A stretch of DNA of 64,000 nt from NCBI GenBank assembly GCA_045632405.1, contig JAZQWO010000017.1:12512-76511 (forward strand), written 5' to 3'. Origin of the DNA: Eubacteriales bacterium. GTDB taxonomy: Bacteria; Bacillota; Clostridia; Oscillospirales; CAG-272. The position numbers and the translations under genes were made by a program. Shown here in pieces: positions 39,334-50,414 of this stretch (position 1 is the first letter of the stretch; each line of letters starts with the position of its first letter). The notes under the pieces were generated by a model. The model made no database searches and was not told the DNA's origin. It was given only the letters and a program-made list of their open reading frames with translations.

Positions 39334-40056
39334 TTAGAAGACGCTGTCTGCTATTTCCTTTAGCTTGGCTATAATTTCGGGGTCTGTATTTTCGGGCTCG
39401 TATTCAACGTCCTTCGCGCTCTTGCCTGTGAAATATCTGTTCATTACAAGCGCCGCCAAGTACCTGCCGTAGTCAAGGGACAGATGGAAGCCGTCACGGT
39501 GCATGGAAAGCTCCGCACCCAGCTTAAATTCGGGCAAGGTATCACTTGCCATTTCAACTGCGTTTCCGCAAGGAATAACATCAAAGCCGTACCTTTCGGC
39601 AATCTTGCTTGTTGTTTCAACTATGGCGTTGAACATCTTTTTTCTGTCGCGGTCATAGTTGACAAATCCACCGTGGTCGCTTGTTTCGGAGTAAGCCCAG
39701 GTTCTGTGCAGCACAATCCTTGCGTTTGGACACTTTTCGCGTATAAATTTCACAATTTCACCCAAAAAAGGCTCATACGTGTCGATAATTCCGCTATCCT
39801 GGCTAACCTGCTGAACTGTGATGTAGTCCCATTTTTTCTTTCCAAGAGCTTCCTCAATGGAAATTTTTCTCAAATATCTGCCGTTTTTCTGATAGTCATA
39901 ATCAGCAATATTTCCCACAATATTGTTGTAGTGGCGCTCCAAGGAGCAGCCGCCAATATAAAGGTTTCTTACAAAAAGCTCCTCTCCTGACACCTGATGC
40001 AAATATCTTGTTGCGTCCTGTGAAAAGCTGTTTCCTATGCATAATACATTTTTCAT
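39334..40056 (-). CDS. SGNH/GDSL-like hydrolase (DUF4886-like)
   Basis: IGNSFS, LYIGG, QQVS, DGFH motifs. Confidence 0.8.
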   Translation of the reverse strand: MKNVLCIGNSFSQDATRYLHQVSGEELFVRNLYIGGCSLERHYNNIVGNIADYDYQKNGRYLRKISIEEALGKKKWDYITVQQVSQDSGIIDTYEPFLGEIVKFIREKCPNARIVLHRTWAYSETSDHGGFVNYDRDRKKMFNAIVETTSKIAERYGFDVIPCGNAVEMASDTLPEFKLGAELSMHRDGFHLSLDYGRYLAALVMNRYFTGKSAKDVEYEPENTDPEIIAKLKEIADSVF

Positions 40057-40132
40057 TATTATTTCCTCGCTCTCTAAAGCCCTTGTTTTTTCTAATCTAA
40101 TTTTGCATTTTGCATTTTGAATTTTGCATTTA

Positions 40133-41116
40133 TCAAAGAAGATGCTTTCCCTGAAAGCTATTTCTTTGATATAGCTCTTTGTCAATATCATTAATAACGC
40201 ACACCTTTTTGCGGCTCCAGTCGGGGGCTAAAAGCTCCTCTGCTATGCCGTCACCTGTCACGCGCTCCACCACAATGTCGGGTGGCAAAAGCTCCAGCTG
40301 GTCGCACACTATCGAAACATACTCGTCCTTTTCCAAGGGGGTGTATTCTCCCGTTTTGTACATTTGACCAAGGACAGTTCCCTCGAGCACGTGCAAAAGA
40401 TGTATTTTGACAAGGTCAGGGTGCAATTTAGCCACACTCTCTGCGGTTTTTTTCATAATTTCCCTGTTTTCCCCGGGCAAGCCATTTATGATATGCACGC
40501 CTATTTTCACATTGGGCGCGCCACCTCTTAGCGCTTGGAATCCGTGCACAAAGGTATCAAAATCGTGGCCGCGGTTTATGAGCCTTGCGGTTTCATCATT
40601 GGCGCTTTGCAAGCCAAGCTCCACGGTTACGGGGATTTTTTCACTGACCTTATGTAAAACCTCAATAATGCCACTGTCTAAGCAATCCGCACGCGTGGCA
40701 ATATCTATCATTACCGCACCCTCAAATTGCGACACGCGGTCAAGGATTTTTCCCAAAATCTCGGGGGACGTGTAGGTATTTGAGTATGCTTGCAGGTATG
40801 GGATGCGTTTGCTTGTCTTCCATTTTGACGATAGCTTTTCCACCCCTTGTAAATATTGCTCCTCTAAGGACAAGAGAGCGCTTGCAAGTCTTGCACCGCT
40901 ACCGCCTGAGCAATAAATACAGCCGCCAACACCGCATTTTCCGTCTATGTTGGGACAGGTAAAGCCACAGTCAAGAGGTATCTTTGCGCACTTACCGCCA
41001 AAGCGGTGCTTCAAGTAATAGTCATAGGTGTGGTATCTTTTGTTAGTGTCCGAAAATTCAAAGGGATTATTTTCCGCTTGCGACACAGCACCACCTCCAC
41101 CTGCAACCAAAAGCAT
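40133..41116 (-). CDS. TIGR01212 (YhcC/YtqA-like) radical SAM protein
   Basis: GFTCPNIDG..GGCIYC; YLQAYSNTY; VELGLQS; HIINGLPGE. Confidence 0.9.
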   Translation of the reverse strand: MLLVAGGGGAVSQAENNPFEFSDTNKRYHTYDYYLKHRFGGKCAKIPLDCGFTCPNIDGKCGVGGCIYCSGGSGARLASALLSLEEQYLQGVEKLSSKWKTSKRIPYLQAYSNTYTSPEILGKILDRVSQFEGAVMIDIATRADCLDSGIIEVLHKVSEKIPVTVELGLQSANDETARLINRGHDFDTFVHGFQALRGGAPNVKIGVHIINGLPGENREIMKKTAESVAKLHPDLVKIHLLHVLEGTVLGQMYKTGEYTPLEKDEYVSIVCDQLELLPPDIVVERVTGDGIAEELLAPDWSRKKVCVINDIDKELYQRNSFQGKHLL

Positions 41117-41184
41117 CTTATATAGAAATCAAGCTCCAAGAAGAGCCATAAAAAACTAAAGCGACCGCTTGGGTCGCTTTAATT

Positions 41185-41260
41185 TGGAGCTACTAACCAG
41201 AGTCGAACTGGTGACCTCATCCTTACCAAGGATGTGCTCTACCAACTGAGCCATAGTAGC
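41185..41260 (-). tRNA. tRNA-Thr(GGT)
   Basis: 76-nt cloverleaf GCTACTA..TAGTAGC-TCCA; anticodon loop TTGGTAA; GTTCGA T-loop. Confidence 0.97.
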
Positions 41261-41362
41261 AAATATCCTATTGCGCTAACAATTATAACAGAATATCTTT
41301 TCTTTGTCAATAGATTTTTTGCAAAAATATTGGTGGGAGCAACCCCACCAACATAATAACCG

Positions 41363-41818
41363 CTAAAAATTCTTGTTCTTGCGTTTTTTGATATTGTACT
41401 CAGAGCGAGGGTTGATAAGCTCGCGGTAGTCAAGATCTCCACGTTCAAGAGCGCTGACAATAGTTTCCGCCGTGGCAATATTTGTAGCCAAAAGCACGTT
41501 ATGCACGTCGCAAAGACGGAGCAAATTCTGCTCAACCTGATTGTGCTGCTCCACCCAACCGTAGTTTTGAGGTGTGTTAGCGCGGAAATAGAACAAAATA
41601 TCAATTTCATCAAAGGCAATTCTTGAAGCAATCTGCTGCTCACCGCCAAGAGTACCTGACAAAAGCTTTTCAATCTTCAAGCCTGTTGCTTCAGCTATAT
41701 ATGAGCCTGTGGTGCTTGTTGCGCAAATGGAATGCTTGCTCAAAATGCCACAGTATGCAATGCAAAACTGTGTTATAAGCTCTTTTTTAGTGTCATCGGC
41801 AATAATTGCAATCTCCAT
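41363..41818 (-). CDS. mgsA: methylglyoxal synthase-like protein
   Basis: IAIIADDTKK, ATSTTG, SGTLGGEQQI, LRLCDVHNVLLATN. Confidence 0.8.
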   Translation of the reverse strand: MEIAIIADDTKKELITQFCIAYCGILSKHSICATSTTGSYIAEATGLKIEKLLSGTLGGEQQIASRIAFDEIDILFYFRANTPQNYGWVEQHNQVEQNLLRLCDVHNVLLATNIATAETIVSALERGDLDYRELINPRSEYNIKKRKNKNF

Positions 41819-42093
41819 ACATCCACCTCCTATGTCCTTACTTCTTAATAATAGCACAATGTTTAGGGATTTGTCAATAACTTTTTTCATTTTTTTGAGC
41901 AAATTGTCTGTATTTTCACACTTAGCATATGCAAAATTTTTGTTATTATGTACAAAAAGCCCTGTATTTTATCATTGATGCTAAGCTTTGCCTGCTTTTG
42001 ACATCAAATATGAGTAGAATAAAAAATGAGGTAGTATTATATTGATAGTATCGCGCGCATACGTACGTTTTTTAATAAATATGTAAAATTCTC

Positions 42094-42122
42094 TTGACAA
42101 ATCATAATTCCTTTGATATAAT
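42094..42122 (+). promoter_or_regulatory. sigma-A promoter of pyr operon
   Basis: perfect TTGACA-17-TATAAT. Confidence 0.9.
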
Positions 42123-42126
42123 AGTT

Positions 42127-42240
42127 TCAATCTTTAAGGTTGATACAGAGATATCGACAAGATTATAATATAAATTAGGTATGCCTTGGCATATCCTCGT
42201 TTGTTGCGGTTTAATCTTGTCGGTGGGCAAGATTTTTTTA
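42127..42240 (+). promoter_or_regulatory. PyrR-type attenuator leader
   Basis: TCTTTAA, stem with CAGAGA hexaloop, antiterminator-capable GACAAGATT/AATCTTGTC, terminator with T-run. Confidence 0.75.
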
Positions 42241-42268
42241 TTGCACTTTGCAAGATGGGAGGATTGTT

Positions 42269-43462
42269 ATGAGGAATTATACCGAATTTACAATAGACAA
42301 GCAGTCCGTAAGTGCCCTTCTTGGTAGCGCTCCTTTTGACATTGATAATATTGTTATTTTTCCCGGTTTTTGTGATGTCCACGTACATTTCAGAGAGCCG
42401 GGCTTTTCTTATAAGGAGACTATTAAGTCAGGCTCACTTTCCGCGGCAAACGGCGGCTACACAGATGTTTGCACAATGCCAAACCTGAAGCCTGTGCCCG
42501 ACAGTGTGGAAAGCTTGAAGGCCCAGCTTGATATTATCAAGCGCGACGGTCTTATCGGCATTCACCCTTACGCATCTATTACCGTAGGACAGAATGGCAA
42601 GGAGCTTTCCGACCTTGACGGTATGAAGGATTTATGTATTGCCTACTCCGACGACGGACGTGGTGTGCAAAGCGACGAAATGATGGAAGCGGCAATGCGA
42701 AAGGCAAAGGAGTGCGGCAAAATGATAGTTGCCCACTGCGAGGTCAATGACCTGCTTTTCGGTGGCTACATTCACGACGGAGAGTATTGCAAGCAACACG
42801 GTATGAAGGGCATTTGTTCTGAGAGCGAATGGGCGCAGGTAAAGCGCGATTTGGAGCTTGTGCGCAAAACAGGCTGCTCCTACCACGTGTGCCACATCTC
42901 CACAAAGGAAACTGTTGAGCTGATACGTCAGGCAAAAAAGGAAGGCTTGGACGTTACCTGCGAAACAGGACCTCACTACCTTGTTTTCAACGATATGGAT
43001 TTGAAGGACGAGGGCAGATTTAAAATGAACCCACCTATCAGAAGCGAGGCAGACCGCCAAGCACTTCTTGCAGGAATCTTAGACGGCACAATAGATATGA
43101 TTGCCACAGACCACGCACCCCACAGTGCAGAGGAAAAGTCCAAGGGTCTTTCCGGCAGCAACATGGGAGTTGTGGGTCTTGAAACCGCCTTTGCGGTAAT
43201 GTACACTAACTTTGTTAAAACAGGGGTTATGACCCTTGAAAAATTAGTCGAGCTTATGTCAACAAATCCGCGCAAGCGCTTCGGCATTGAGCTTGGCAAT
43301 TCATACACAATCTTTGATTTGAGCAAAAAATTCACCGTTGACCCACAAAAATTCCTGTCAATGGGCAAGGCTACTCCCTTTGAAGGGCTGGAGCTTTACG
43401 GTGAATGCTTGGCTACAATCAAGAACGGCGTGCCTGTGGTGGTTAACCACAAAACGCCATAA
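42269..43462 (+). CDS. pyrC: dihydroorotase
   Basis: DVHVHFREPG, MPN, KMNPP, ATDHAPH. Confidence 0.95.
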   Translation: MRNYTEFTIDKQSVSALLGSAPFDIDNIVIFPGFCDVHVHFREPGFSYKETIKSGSLSAANGGYTDVCTMPNLKPVPDSVESLKAQLDIIKRDGLIGIHPYASITVGQNGKELSDLDGMKDLCIAYSDDGRGVQSDEMMEAAMRKAKECGKMIVAHCEVNDLLFGGYIHDGEYCKQHGMKGICSESEWAQVKRDLELVRKTGCSYHVCHISTKETVELIRQAKKEGLDVTCETGPHYLVFNDMDLKDEGRFKMNPPIRSEADRQALLAGILDGTIDMIATDHAPHSAEEKSKGLSGSNMGVVGLETAFAVMYTNFVKTGVMTLEKLVELMSTNPRKRFGIELGNSYTIFDLSKKFTVDPQKFLSMGKATPFEGLELYGECLATIKNGVPVVVNHKTP

Positions 43463-43479
43463 AAATTCACGTTTTGCAT

Positions 43480-43690
43480 AGCGAAACATATGGAGTTTTC
43501 GAAGAAAACATATCGATTTTTGCAAAGCAAAAAATATCGAGTGCCTCAAGCCACATATCGATAAGATTTTGTTTTTCCTAACCGCTTGATTTCATCGATA
43601 TTTTGCGCAAAACGCAAATCGATATGTTACACAAAGCGCAACTCGATATGTCCCTTTGGGACTCGATATGTGCCACAGGCACAAGATTTT
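43480..43690. repeat. intergenic CATATCGA/TCGATATG hairpin array
   Basis: repeated inverted 8-mers separated by small hairpins. Confidence 0.75.
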
Positions 43691-43726
43691 GGTTATAATT
43701 AAGAGGAATATAAGGAGAAAGAAAAA

Positions 43727-46700
43727 ATGGCAAAGAGGAAAGACATCAAAAGAGTAATGATCATAGGCTCAGGTCCTATCGTTATCGGTCAGGCGGCTGA
43801 ATTTGACTATGCAGGCACACAGGCGTGTCTTGCGCTCAAGGAGGAGGGCTACGAGGTTATTCTCGTTAACTCTAACCCTGCTACAATTATGACAGACACT
43901 GTTATTGCAGACAAGGTATATATGGAGCCACTCACACTTGAATATGTGGCTAAGATTATCAGACACGAGCGTCCTGACGCTATCGTTCCGGGTATCGGCG
44001 GACAGACAGGTCTTAATATGGCTATGCTCCTTGAAAAGAAGGGCGTACTCAAGGAAAGCGGTGTTGAGCTTCTCGGCACATCAAGCGCTTCCATCGAAAG
44101 AGCCGAGGACAGAGAGCTTTTCAAATCCCTTTGCGAGGAAATTGGCGAGCCTGTTATTCCTTCCGAGATTGCTAACAATATGGACGAGGCAAAGGTGGCT
44201 ATTGAAAAGATTGGCTTCCCTGTTGTTCTCCGCCCTGCATTTACTCTTGGCGGCACAGGCGGCGGCTTTGCTTACAATATGGAAGAATACTTGGAGCTTG
44301 CAGAGGGCGCGCTTGCAGCTTCCCCTGTTCACCAGGTTCTTGTTGAAAAGAGCGTTAAGGGCTTCAAGGAAATCGAGTTTGAGGTTATGCGTGACGGTGC
44401 GGACAATGCAATTACAATTTGCGGTATGGAAAACATCGACCCTGTTGGCGTACACACAGGTGACTCCTTGGTTGTTGCTCCTATTATGACTCTCAACGAC
44501 CACGACCTCAAAATGCTCAACGATTCCGCTATCAAGCTTATCAGAGCATTGAAGATTGAGGGCGGCTGTAACGTTCAGTTCGCGCTCAACCCAACCACAA
44601 GCGAATATTATCTTATCGAGGTTAACCCACGTGTTTCCCGTTCCTCTGCTTTGGCATCCAAGGCAAGCGGATACCCAATTGCACGTGTTACCGCCAAGAT
44701 TGCGGTTGGTATGACCCTTGACGAAATCGAGGTTGCAGGAACAAAGGCTTCCTTTGAGCCACGTCTTGACTACGTTGTTGCCAAGTTCCCACTCTTCCCA
44801 TTTGATAAGTTTACAACAGTTCCAAACAAGCTTGGCACACAGATGAAGGCAACAGGCGAATGTATGGGCATCGGCTCAACTCTTGAGGAGTGCTTGCTCA
44901 AGTCCGTTCGTTCTCTTGAAATCGGTGTTTGCCACTTCTATCTCCCTAAGTTCGACTCTATGAGCGACCACGCAATGCTCGCTTATCTTGAGGAGTTCCA
45001 CGACGACAATATTTTTGCGGTTTGCCAGCTTCTCCGTCACGGTGTTTCTATTGAAACCTTGCACCAGGTTACTAAGATTACATCCTACTTCCTTGAAGCC
45101 TTCAAGAGAATTGTAGATATGGAAAAAACACTTTCCGAAAACGTAGGCTCTATCGCGGTTTTGAAGGATGCTAAAAAGATGGGCTTTGGCGACAAGTATA
45201 TCGCTAAGCTTTGGAGCATGAAAGAGGTTGAGGTTTACAATCTCCGCCACGAAAATGGCATCATTCCTTCCTTCAGAATGGTTGATACCGCCCACGTTGA
45301 TGCTTATATTCCTTATTTCTATTCCTCACACGAGGGCAAGAACCAGTCCATCCTCACAAACAGAAAAAAGGTTATTGTTCTTGGCGCAGGTCCTATCCGT
45401 ATCGGTCAGGGTGTTGAGTTTGACTACTCCACAGTTCACGCAGTAAAGACCATTAAGGAAAGCGGCTACGAGGCTATTATCATTAACAACAACCCGGAAA
45501 CAGTTTCCACTGACTACACAACTGCGGACAAGCTCTACTTTGAGCCACTCACAGTTGAGGACGTTATGGAGGTTATCGACTTTGAAAAGCCTGACGGCGT
45601 TATTGCTTCCCTTGGCGGACAAACAGCTATCAACCTGGCAGCACCGCTTCACGAAAGAGGAGTAAAGCTTATCGGTACAGACTGTGAGGCTATTGACAGA
45701 GCAGAAAACCGTGACACCTTTGAAAAGATACTTGAGGAGCTTCACATTCCTCAGCCAAGCGGACAGGCGGTTACAAATATCGAGGACGGTATCAAGGTTG
45801 CAAAGACCGTTGGCTATCCTGTTCTTGTTCGTCCTTCCTTCGTTTTGGGCGGACGCGCTATGCAGCTTGTACAAAACGAGGAGCAGCTCCGCCACTACCT
45901 GAGAACTGCCGTTGAAATTGACGAGGACAAGCCTGTTCTTGTTGACCACTACATTATGGGTAAAGAGGTTGAGGTTGACGCAATTTGTGACGGCCGCGAC
46001 GTATTTGTTGCAGGTATTATGGAGCTTGTTGAGCGTACAGGCGTTCACTCCGGTGACTCCATTTCCGTATATCCATCCTTCTCTATCTCCGATAAGGTTA
46101 AGGGCAAGATTCTCACCTACTCCAAAAAGCTTGGCCTTGGCATTGGCATTGTTGGCCTTTTCAACATTCAGTTTATCGTTGACGCAAATGACGATGTATA
46201 TATCATTGAGGTTAACCCACGTTCTTCAAGAACAGTTCCATTCCTTTCCAAGTCAACAGGCTACTCTCTTGCGGATATTGCAACAGAGGTTATCCTCGGC
46301 AAGTCCCTCAAAGAGCTTGGCATCTTTGATTTGTACCCACAGGAAAAGAAGAGATGGTACTGCAAGGTTCCTGTTTTCTCCTACAAGAAGATTAGCGGAA
46401 TTGACGCATATCTCAGCCCTGAAATGAAGTCCACAGGTGAAGCAATCGGCTATGACGACACCTTGAACAGAGCCTTCTACAAGGCATTGCAGGCGTCAGG
46501 CATGCAGGTGCAGAATTACGGTACAGTTCTTGTAACCGTTGCAGATAACGACAAGGAAGAGGCGCTTTCATTGATTCGCCGCTTCTACAACCTTGGCTTC
46601 AACATTGAAGCAACAGAGGGTACTGCAAACTACTTGAAGCAGCACGGCATCAGAACAAGAATTATGCACAAAATCGGTGACGGCTCCAGCGACATTCCTG

Positions 46701-46897
46701 AGGCTATGCGCCAGGGTCATATCGCTTACGTTATCAACACAAGCGACGGTGCGGCACAGGGTCAGAAGGACGGCTACCAGATAAGACACTTGGCAATTGA
46801 AAACAACATTTCTCTCTTCACATCTCTTGATACAGTTAGAATCTTGCTTGACGTGCTTGAGGAAATCACACTTACAATTTCTACAATCGACGCGTAA
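43727..46897 (+). CDS. carB: carbamoyl-phosphate synthase large subunit
   Basis: GSGPIVIGQAAEFDY, duplicated ATP-grasp halves, MGS domain. Confidence 0.98.
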   Translation: MAKRKDIKRVMIIGSGPIVIGQAAEFDYAGTQACLALKEEGYEVILVNSNPATIMTDTVIADKVYMEPLTLEYVAKIIRHERPDAIVPGIGGQTGLNMAMLLEKKGVLKESGVELLGTSSASIERAEDRELFKSLCEEIGEPVIPSEIANNMDEAKVAIEKIGFPVVLRPAFTLGGTGGGFAYNMEEYLELAEGALAASPVHQVLVEKSVKGFKEIEFEVMRDGADNAITICGMENIDPVGVHTGDSLVVAPIMTLNDHDLKMLNDSAIKLIRALKIEGGCNVQFALNPTTSEYYLIEVNPRVSRSSALASKASGYPIARVTAKIAVGMTLDEIEVAGTKASFEPRLDYVVAKFPLFPFDKFTTVPNKLGTQMKATGECMGIGSTLEECLLKSVRSLEIGVCHFYLPKFDSMSDHAMLAYLEEFHDDNIFAVCQLLRHGVSIETLHQVTKITSYFLEAFKRIVDMEKTLSENVGSIAVLKDAKKMGFGDKYIAKLWSMKEVEVYNLRHENGIIPSFRMVDTAHVDAYIPYFYSSHEGKNQSILTNRKKVIVLGAGPIRIGQGVEFDYSTVHAVKTIKESGYEAIIINNNPETVSTDYTTADKLYFEPLTVEDVMEVIDFEKPDGVIASLGGQTAINLAAPLHERGVKLIGTDCEAIDRAENRDTFEKILEELHIPQPSGQAVTNIEDGIKVAKTVGYPVLVRPSFVLGGRAMQLVQNEEQLRHYLRTAVEIDEDKPVLVDHYIMGKEVEVDAICDGRDVFVAGIMELVERTGVHSGDSISVYPSFSISDKVKGKILTYSKKLGLGIGIVGLFNIQFIVDANDDVYIIEVNPRSSRTVPFLSKSTGYSLADIATEVILGKSLKELGIFDLYPQEKKRWYCKVPVFSYKKISGIDAYLSPEMKSTGEAIGYDDTLNRAFYKALQASGMQVQNYGTVLVTVADNDKEEALSLIRRFYNLGFNIEATEGTANYLKQHGIRTRIMHKIGDGSSDIPEAMRQGHIAYVINTSDGAAQGQKDGYQIRHLAIENNISLFTSLDTVRILLDVLEEITLTISTIDA

Positions 46898-46899
46898 TG

Positions 46900-47082
46900 A
46901 CGCAAAGCGTCAATGAAATGAATCCGTAAATTCGTGAAATGACCCCCTGGGTCTTGAAATACTTGCTGCGCAAGAGTGAAATGCTCTTGCGAGCATAGGA
47001 TTCATTTTATTTCAAGAAAGGTTTTCCTTTCATTTCAAGACAAGCGCTACTTGTCATTTCAAGCGCATTAGCGCATTTCATT
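46900..47082. repeat. intergenic TGAAAT/ATTTCA hairpin array
   Basis: homologous to 49440-49620. Confidence 0.75.
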
Positions 47083-47099
47083 TGTTGAAAGAGGAAAAA

Positions 47100-47828
47100 A
47101 TGAAGGACTTAATTTTTACAATTGATGAAAACAAAAAAATAGCCAAAAACACCTACGAAATGGTGCTTTTGGGTGACTGCTCCGACATTAAATGCGGTCA
47201 GTTTGTTAATTTGAAAATCGAAGGCTTTTACCTTCGCCGTCCTATCTCCGTTTGCTGTGTAGAGGGGGACAGACTGACCCTTATCTACAAGGTAGTGGGA
47301 GAGGGCACCGAGGTGATGGCTAAAATGGAAAAGGGCGAGGAAATCCTCACTCTTACAGGCCTTGGCAACGGCTACGATATTTCAAAGAGCGGAGATAAGC
47401 CCCTTCTCGTTGGCGGTGGCGCAGGTGTGCCCCCTATGTATCAGCTCTGCCGTGAGCTTGTGGCACAGGGCAAGCGTCCTTGTGTTATTCTCGGCTTCAA
47501 CTCAGCGGACGAGGTGTTTTACGAAAACGAGTTTAAGGCTCTCGGCGCAAAGGTAATTGTTGCAACAGCAGACGGCTCTTATGGTGTGCGTGGCTTTGTA
47601 ACAGATGCCTTCCATATGGTTGATTATACATATTTCTACACCTGCGGTCCTGAGCCAATGCTAAAGGCGGTTTATAACAAAAGCGAAACGAGCGGTCAGT
47701 TCTCCTTTGAGGAAAGAATGGGCTGTGGCTTTGGCGCTTGTATGGGCTGCTCCTGCAAAACAAAATACGGCAACAAGAGAATTTGCAAGGACGGACCCGT
47801 TCTTGAAAAGGAGGAAATCATATGGTAA
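47100..47828 (+). CDS. pyrK: dihydroorotate dehydrogenase electron transfer subunit
   Basis: LRRPISV, GGGAGVPP, CGPEPM, MGCGFGACMGC. Confidence 0.95.
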   Translation: MKDLIFTIDENKKIAKNTYEMVLLGDCSDIKCGQFVNLKIEGFYLRRPISVCCVEGDRLTLIYKVVGEGTEVMAKMEKGEEILTLTGLGNGYDISKSGDKPLLVGGGAGVPPMYQLCRELVAQGKRPCVILGFNSADEVFYENEFKALGAKVIVATADGSYGVRGFVTDAFHMVDYTYFYTCGPEPMLKAVYNKSETSGQFSFEERMGCGFGACMGCSCKTKYGNKRICKDGPVLEKEEIIW

Positions 47829-48733
47829 GCTTGAAAACAAATCTTTGCGGCATAGAGCTTGACAACCCATTGATTCCCGCCAGCGGAACATTCGGCTTTG
47901 GCTATGAGTTTGCAGAAATTTATGATATTAATATTCTTGGTAGCTTCTCATTCAAGGGAACTACCAAAGAGCCCCGCTTCGGCAATCCCACACCAAGAAT
48001 TGCAGAGTGCAAAAAGGGTCTTATCAACTCTGTGGGACTTCAAAACCCAGGTGTTCACAAGGTTTTGGAAAATGAGCTTCCTAAGCTCAAGGCGTGCTTC
48101 CACAAGCCTGTTATGGCAAATGTCAGCGGATTTTCCGTTGAGGAATATGTTTACACTGTTAAAATGCTTGACCAAGAGCCCCAAATCGGTTGGTTTGAGG
48201 TAAATGTGAGCTGCCCTAACGTACACGGCGGTGGAATGAGCTTTGGCACATCTCCTGAGGCAGCGGCAGAGGTTGTCCGCGCTTGCAAGGCGGTGACAAA
48301 AAAGCCAATTATCGTTAAGCTCTCACCGAATGTTACCGACATTGTGTCTATCGCAAAGGCGTGCGAGGCGGCAGGGGCAGACGGTATCAGCTTAATCAAT
48401 ACTCTTCTCGGTATGAGAATAGATTTGAAATCCAAAAAGCCTGTAATCGCAAACAAAATGGGCGGCTTTTCAGGTCCAGCTATTAAGCCTGTGGCTATCC
48501 GCATGGTTTACCAGGTTTACGAGGCGGTTAACATTCCTATCGTTGGCGGCGGCGGAGTTGAATCTGCCGAGGACGTTATCGAAATGATGCTTGCAGGTGC
48601 TTCTGCTGTTGAGGTTGGTGCTGCTAACTTGGTTGACCCCCTTGCTTGCCCAAAAATCATTGAGGATTTGCCAAGGGTTATGGAAAAATACGGTATAAAA
48701 GATTTAAAGGATATAATAGGAGGTGCCCACTAA
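47822..48733 (+). CDS. pyrD: dihydroorotate dehydrogenase (family 1B)
   Basis: [29 protein letters not shown]. Confidence 0.97.
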   Translation: MVSLKTNLCGIELDNPLIPASGTFGFGYEFAEIYDINILGSFSFKGTTKEPRFGNPTPRIAECKKGLINSVGLQNPGVHKVLENELPKLKACFHKPVMANVSGFSVEEYVYTVKMLDQEPQIGWFEVNVSCPNVHGGGMSFGTSPEAAAEVVRACKAVTKKPIIVKLSPNVTDIVSIAKACEAAGADGISLINTLLGMRIDLKSKKPVIANKMGGFSGPAIKPVAIRMVYQVYEAVNIPIVGGGGVESAEDVIEMMLAGASAVEVGAANLVDPLACPKIIEDLPRVMEKYGIKDLKDIIGGAH

Positions 48734-49431
48734 TGGGAAAGGACGTAATTATCGCTTGCGACTTTGCAAGCAAGGAACAGGTTTTCAATTTTCTTGATTT
48801 GTTCAAGGAGGAAAAGCCATTTGTAAAAATCGGTATGGAGCTTTTCAATGCTGAGGGTCCGGACATTGTTCGCGAAATCAAGAAAAGAGGTCACAAAATA
48901 TTCCTCGATTTGAAGCTTCACGATATTCCAAACACAGTTAAAAAGGCAATGGCGGTGCTTTCCCGTCTTGACGTTGATATGACAAACGTACACGCAAGCG
49001 GCACTATCGCTATGATGGAAGCAGCTCTTGAGGGCTTGAAACGTGAGGACGGCACTTGCCCACTCTTGATTGCCGTTACACAGCTCACATCCACAAGCGA
49101 GGAAAGAATGAGAGATGACCTTTTAATTAACGAGCCAATGGACAAGGTTGTTATGCACTATGCGCAAAACGCAAAGAAGGCAGGTCTTGCAGGCATTGTT
49201 TGCTCTCCGCTTGAAGCAGAAAAGGTACACGCTACCTGCGGCAGCGACTTTGTAACAGTTACCCCAGGCGTTCGCTTTGCAGATGGCGACAAGGGCGACC
49301 AGGTGCGCGTTATGACCCCTGCCGAGGCTAAGAAAATCGGCTCTGACTACATTGTAGTCGGCAGACCAATCACAGCAGCTCAAGACCCTGTTGCGGCATA
49401 TCGCAGATGCGTTGCAGAATTCGTTGACTAA
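48733..49431 (+). CDS. pyrF: orotidine-5'-phosphate decarboxylase
   Basis: [23 protein letters not shown]. Confidence 0.97.
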   Translation: MGKDVIIACDFASKEQVFNFLDLFKEEKPFVKIGMELFNAEGPDIVREIKKRGHKIFLDLKLHDIPNTVKKAMAVLSRLDVDMTNVHASGTIAMMEAALEGLKREDGTCPLLIAVTQLTSTSEERMRDDLLINEPMDKVVMHYAQNAKKAGLAGIVCSPLEAEKVHATCGSDFVTVTPGVRFADGDKGDQVRVMTPAEAKKIGSDYIVVGRPITAAQDPVAAYRRCVAEFVD

Positions 49432-49439
49432 CGAATTCT

Positions 49440-49712
49440 GCAATGAAATGAATCCGCAAAGCAAATTCTTGAAATAACCGTGCGGTTATGAAATGATTGC
49501 TACGCAATCTTGAAATGCACTGAGGTGCATAAGGATTCATTTTATTTCAAGAAAGGCTTGCCTTTCATTTCAAGACAAGCTCTGCTTGTCATTTCAAGCG
49601 CGCACGCGCATTTCATTGCTTTTTGTCGATATGTGCTTCGCACTCGATATGATTGCAAAAGCAATCTCGATATGTTCACTTTGTGAACTCGATATGTTGG
49701 CTCAAGCCAACG
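49440..49712. repeat. composite TGAAAT + TCGATATG hairpin arrays
   Basis: fusion of both intergenic repeat types. Confidence 0.75.
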
Positions 49713-49734
49713 AGAATTTAGGAGGAAAAATAAA

Positions 49735-50385
49735 ATGGAAGCATACAAGAGAGAATTCATACAATTTTTACAGAGCGCAGGAGTTTTAAAGTTTGGCGAC
49801 TTCACCGCTAAGAGTGGAAGAAAAATCCCATATTTTATCAACGCAGGCGAAATCAAGACAGGTGAGCACATTTCCAAGCTTGGCGAGTTCTATGCAAAGG
49901 CATATCTTGACAAGGTTGGCGCAAAAAAGACTGCTCTTTACGGCCCTGCATACAAGGGTATTTCAATCGCAGTTGCAACATCTATTGCGCTTGCAAAGAA
50001 CGGACTTGACTTGCCATTCTTCTTCAACAGAAAGGAAGCTAAGGATCACGGCGAGGGCGGCGTGTTTGTAGGCTACAAGCCACAGGCAGGCGAAGAGGTT
50101 GTTATCGTTGAGGACGTTATCACCGCAGGCACAGCTATTCGCGAAACTATGGAAATTATGAAGTCCGTTGAGGGTGTCAAGGTTGCCGCTTGCTTCGTTA
50201 TGGTTGACAGAAAAGAAAAGGGCAAGGGCGAAAAGGGTGCAATGGTTGAAATTGAGGAAGAATTCGGCTTCCCTGTTTACTCCGTTGTTGACGTTTACGA
50301 TATTATCGAATATTTGGAAGAAGACCCTGCAAACAAGGAAAACGTAGATAGAATTAAGAAATACCGCGAGGTTTACGGCGCGTAA
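49735..50385 (+). CDS. pyrE: orotate phosphoribosyltransferase
   Basis: GPAYKG, RKEAKDHGEGG, VEDVITAG. Confidence 0.97.
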   Translation: MEAYKREFIQFLQSAGVLKFGDFTAKSGRKIPYFINAGEIKTGEHISKLGEFYAKAYLDKVGAKKTALYGPAYKGISIAVATSIALAKNGLDLPFFFNRKEAKDHGEGGVFVGYKPQAGEEVVIVEDVITAGTAIRETMEIMKSVEGVKVAACFVMVDRKEKGKGEKGAMVEIEEEFGFPVYSVVDVYDIIEYLEEDPANKENVDRIKKYREVYGA

Positions 50386-50414
50386 AGCCACAATTCATTG
50401 TGGCTCGCGTTCCG

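Noticed and set aside
40098-40132. TTTTGCA heptamer repeat as a contingency locus
   Set aside because: Few imperfect units, intergenic once the downstream start is placed at 40056
43769-46789. Long antisense or alternate-frame ORFs over carB and other housekeeping genes
   Set aside because: Shadow ORFs caused by codon bias of well-supported genes
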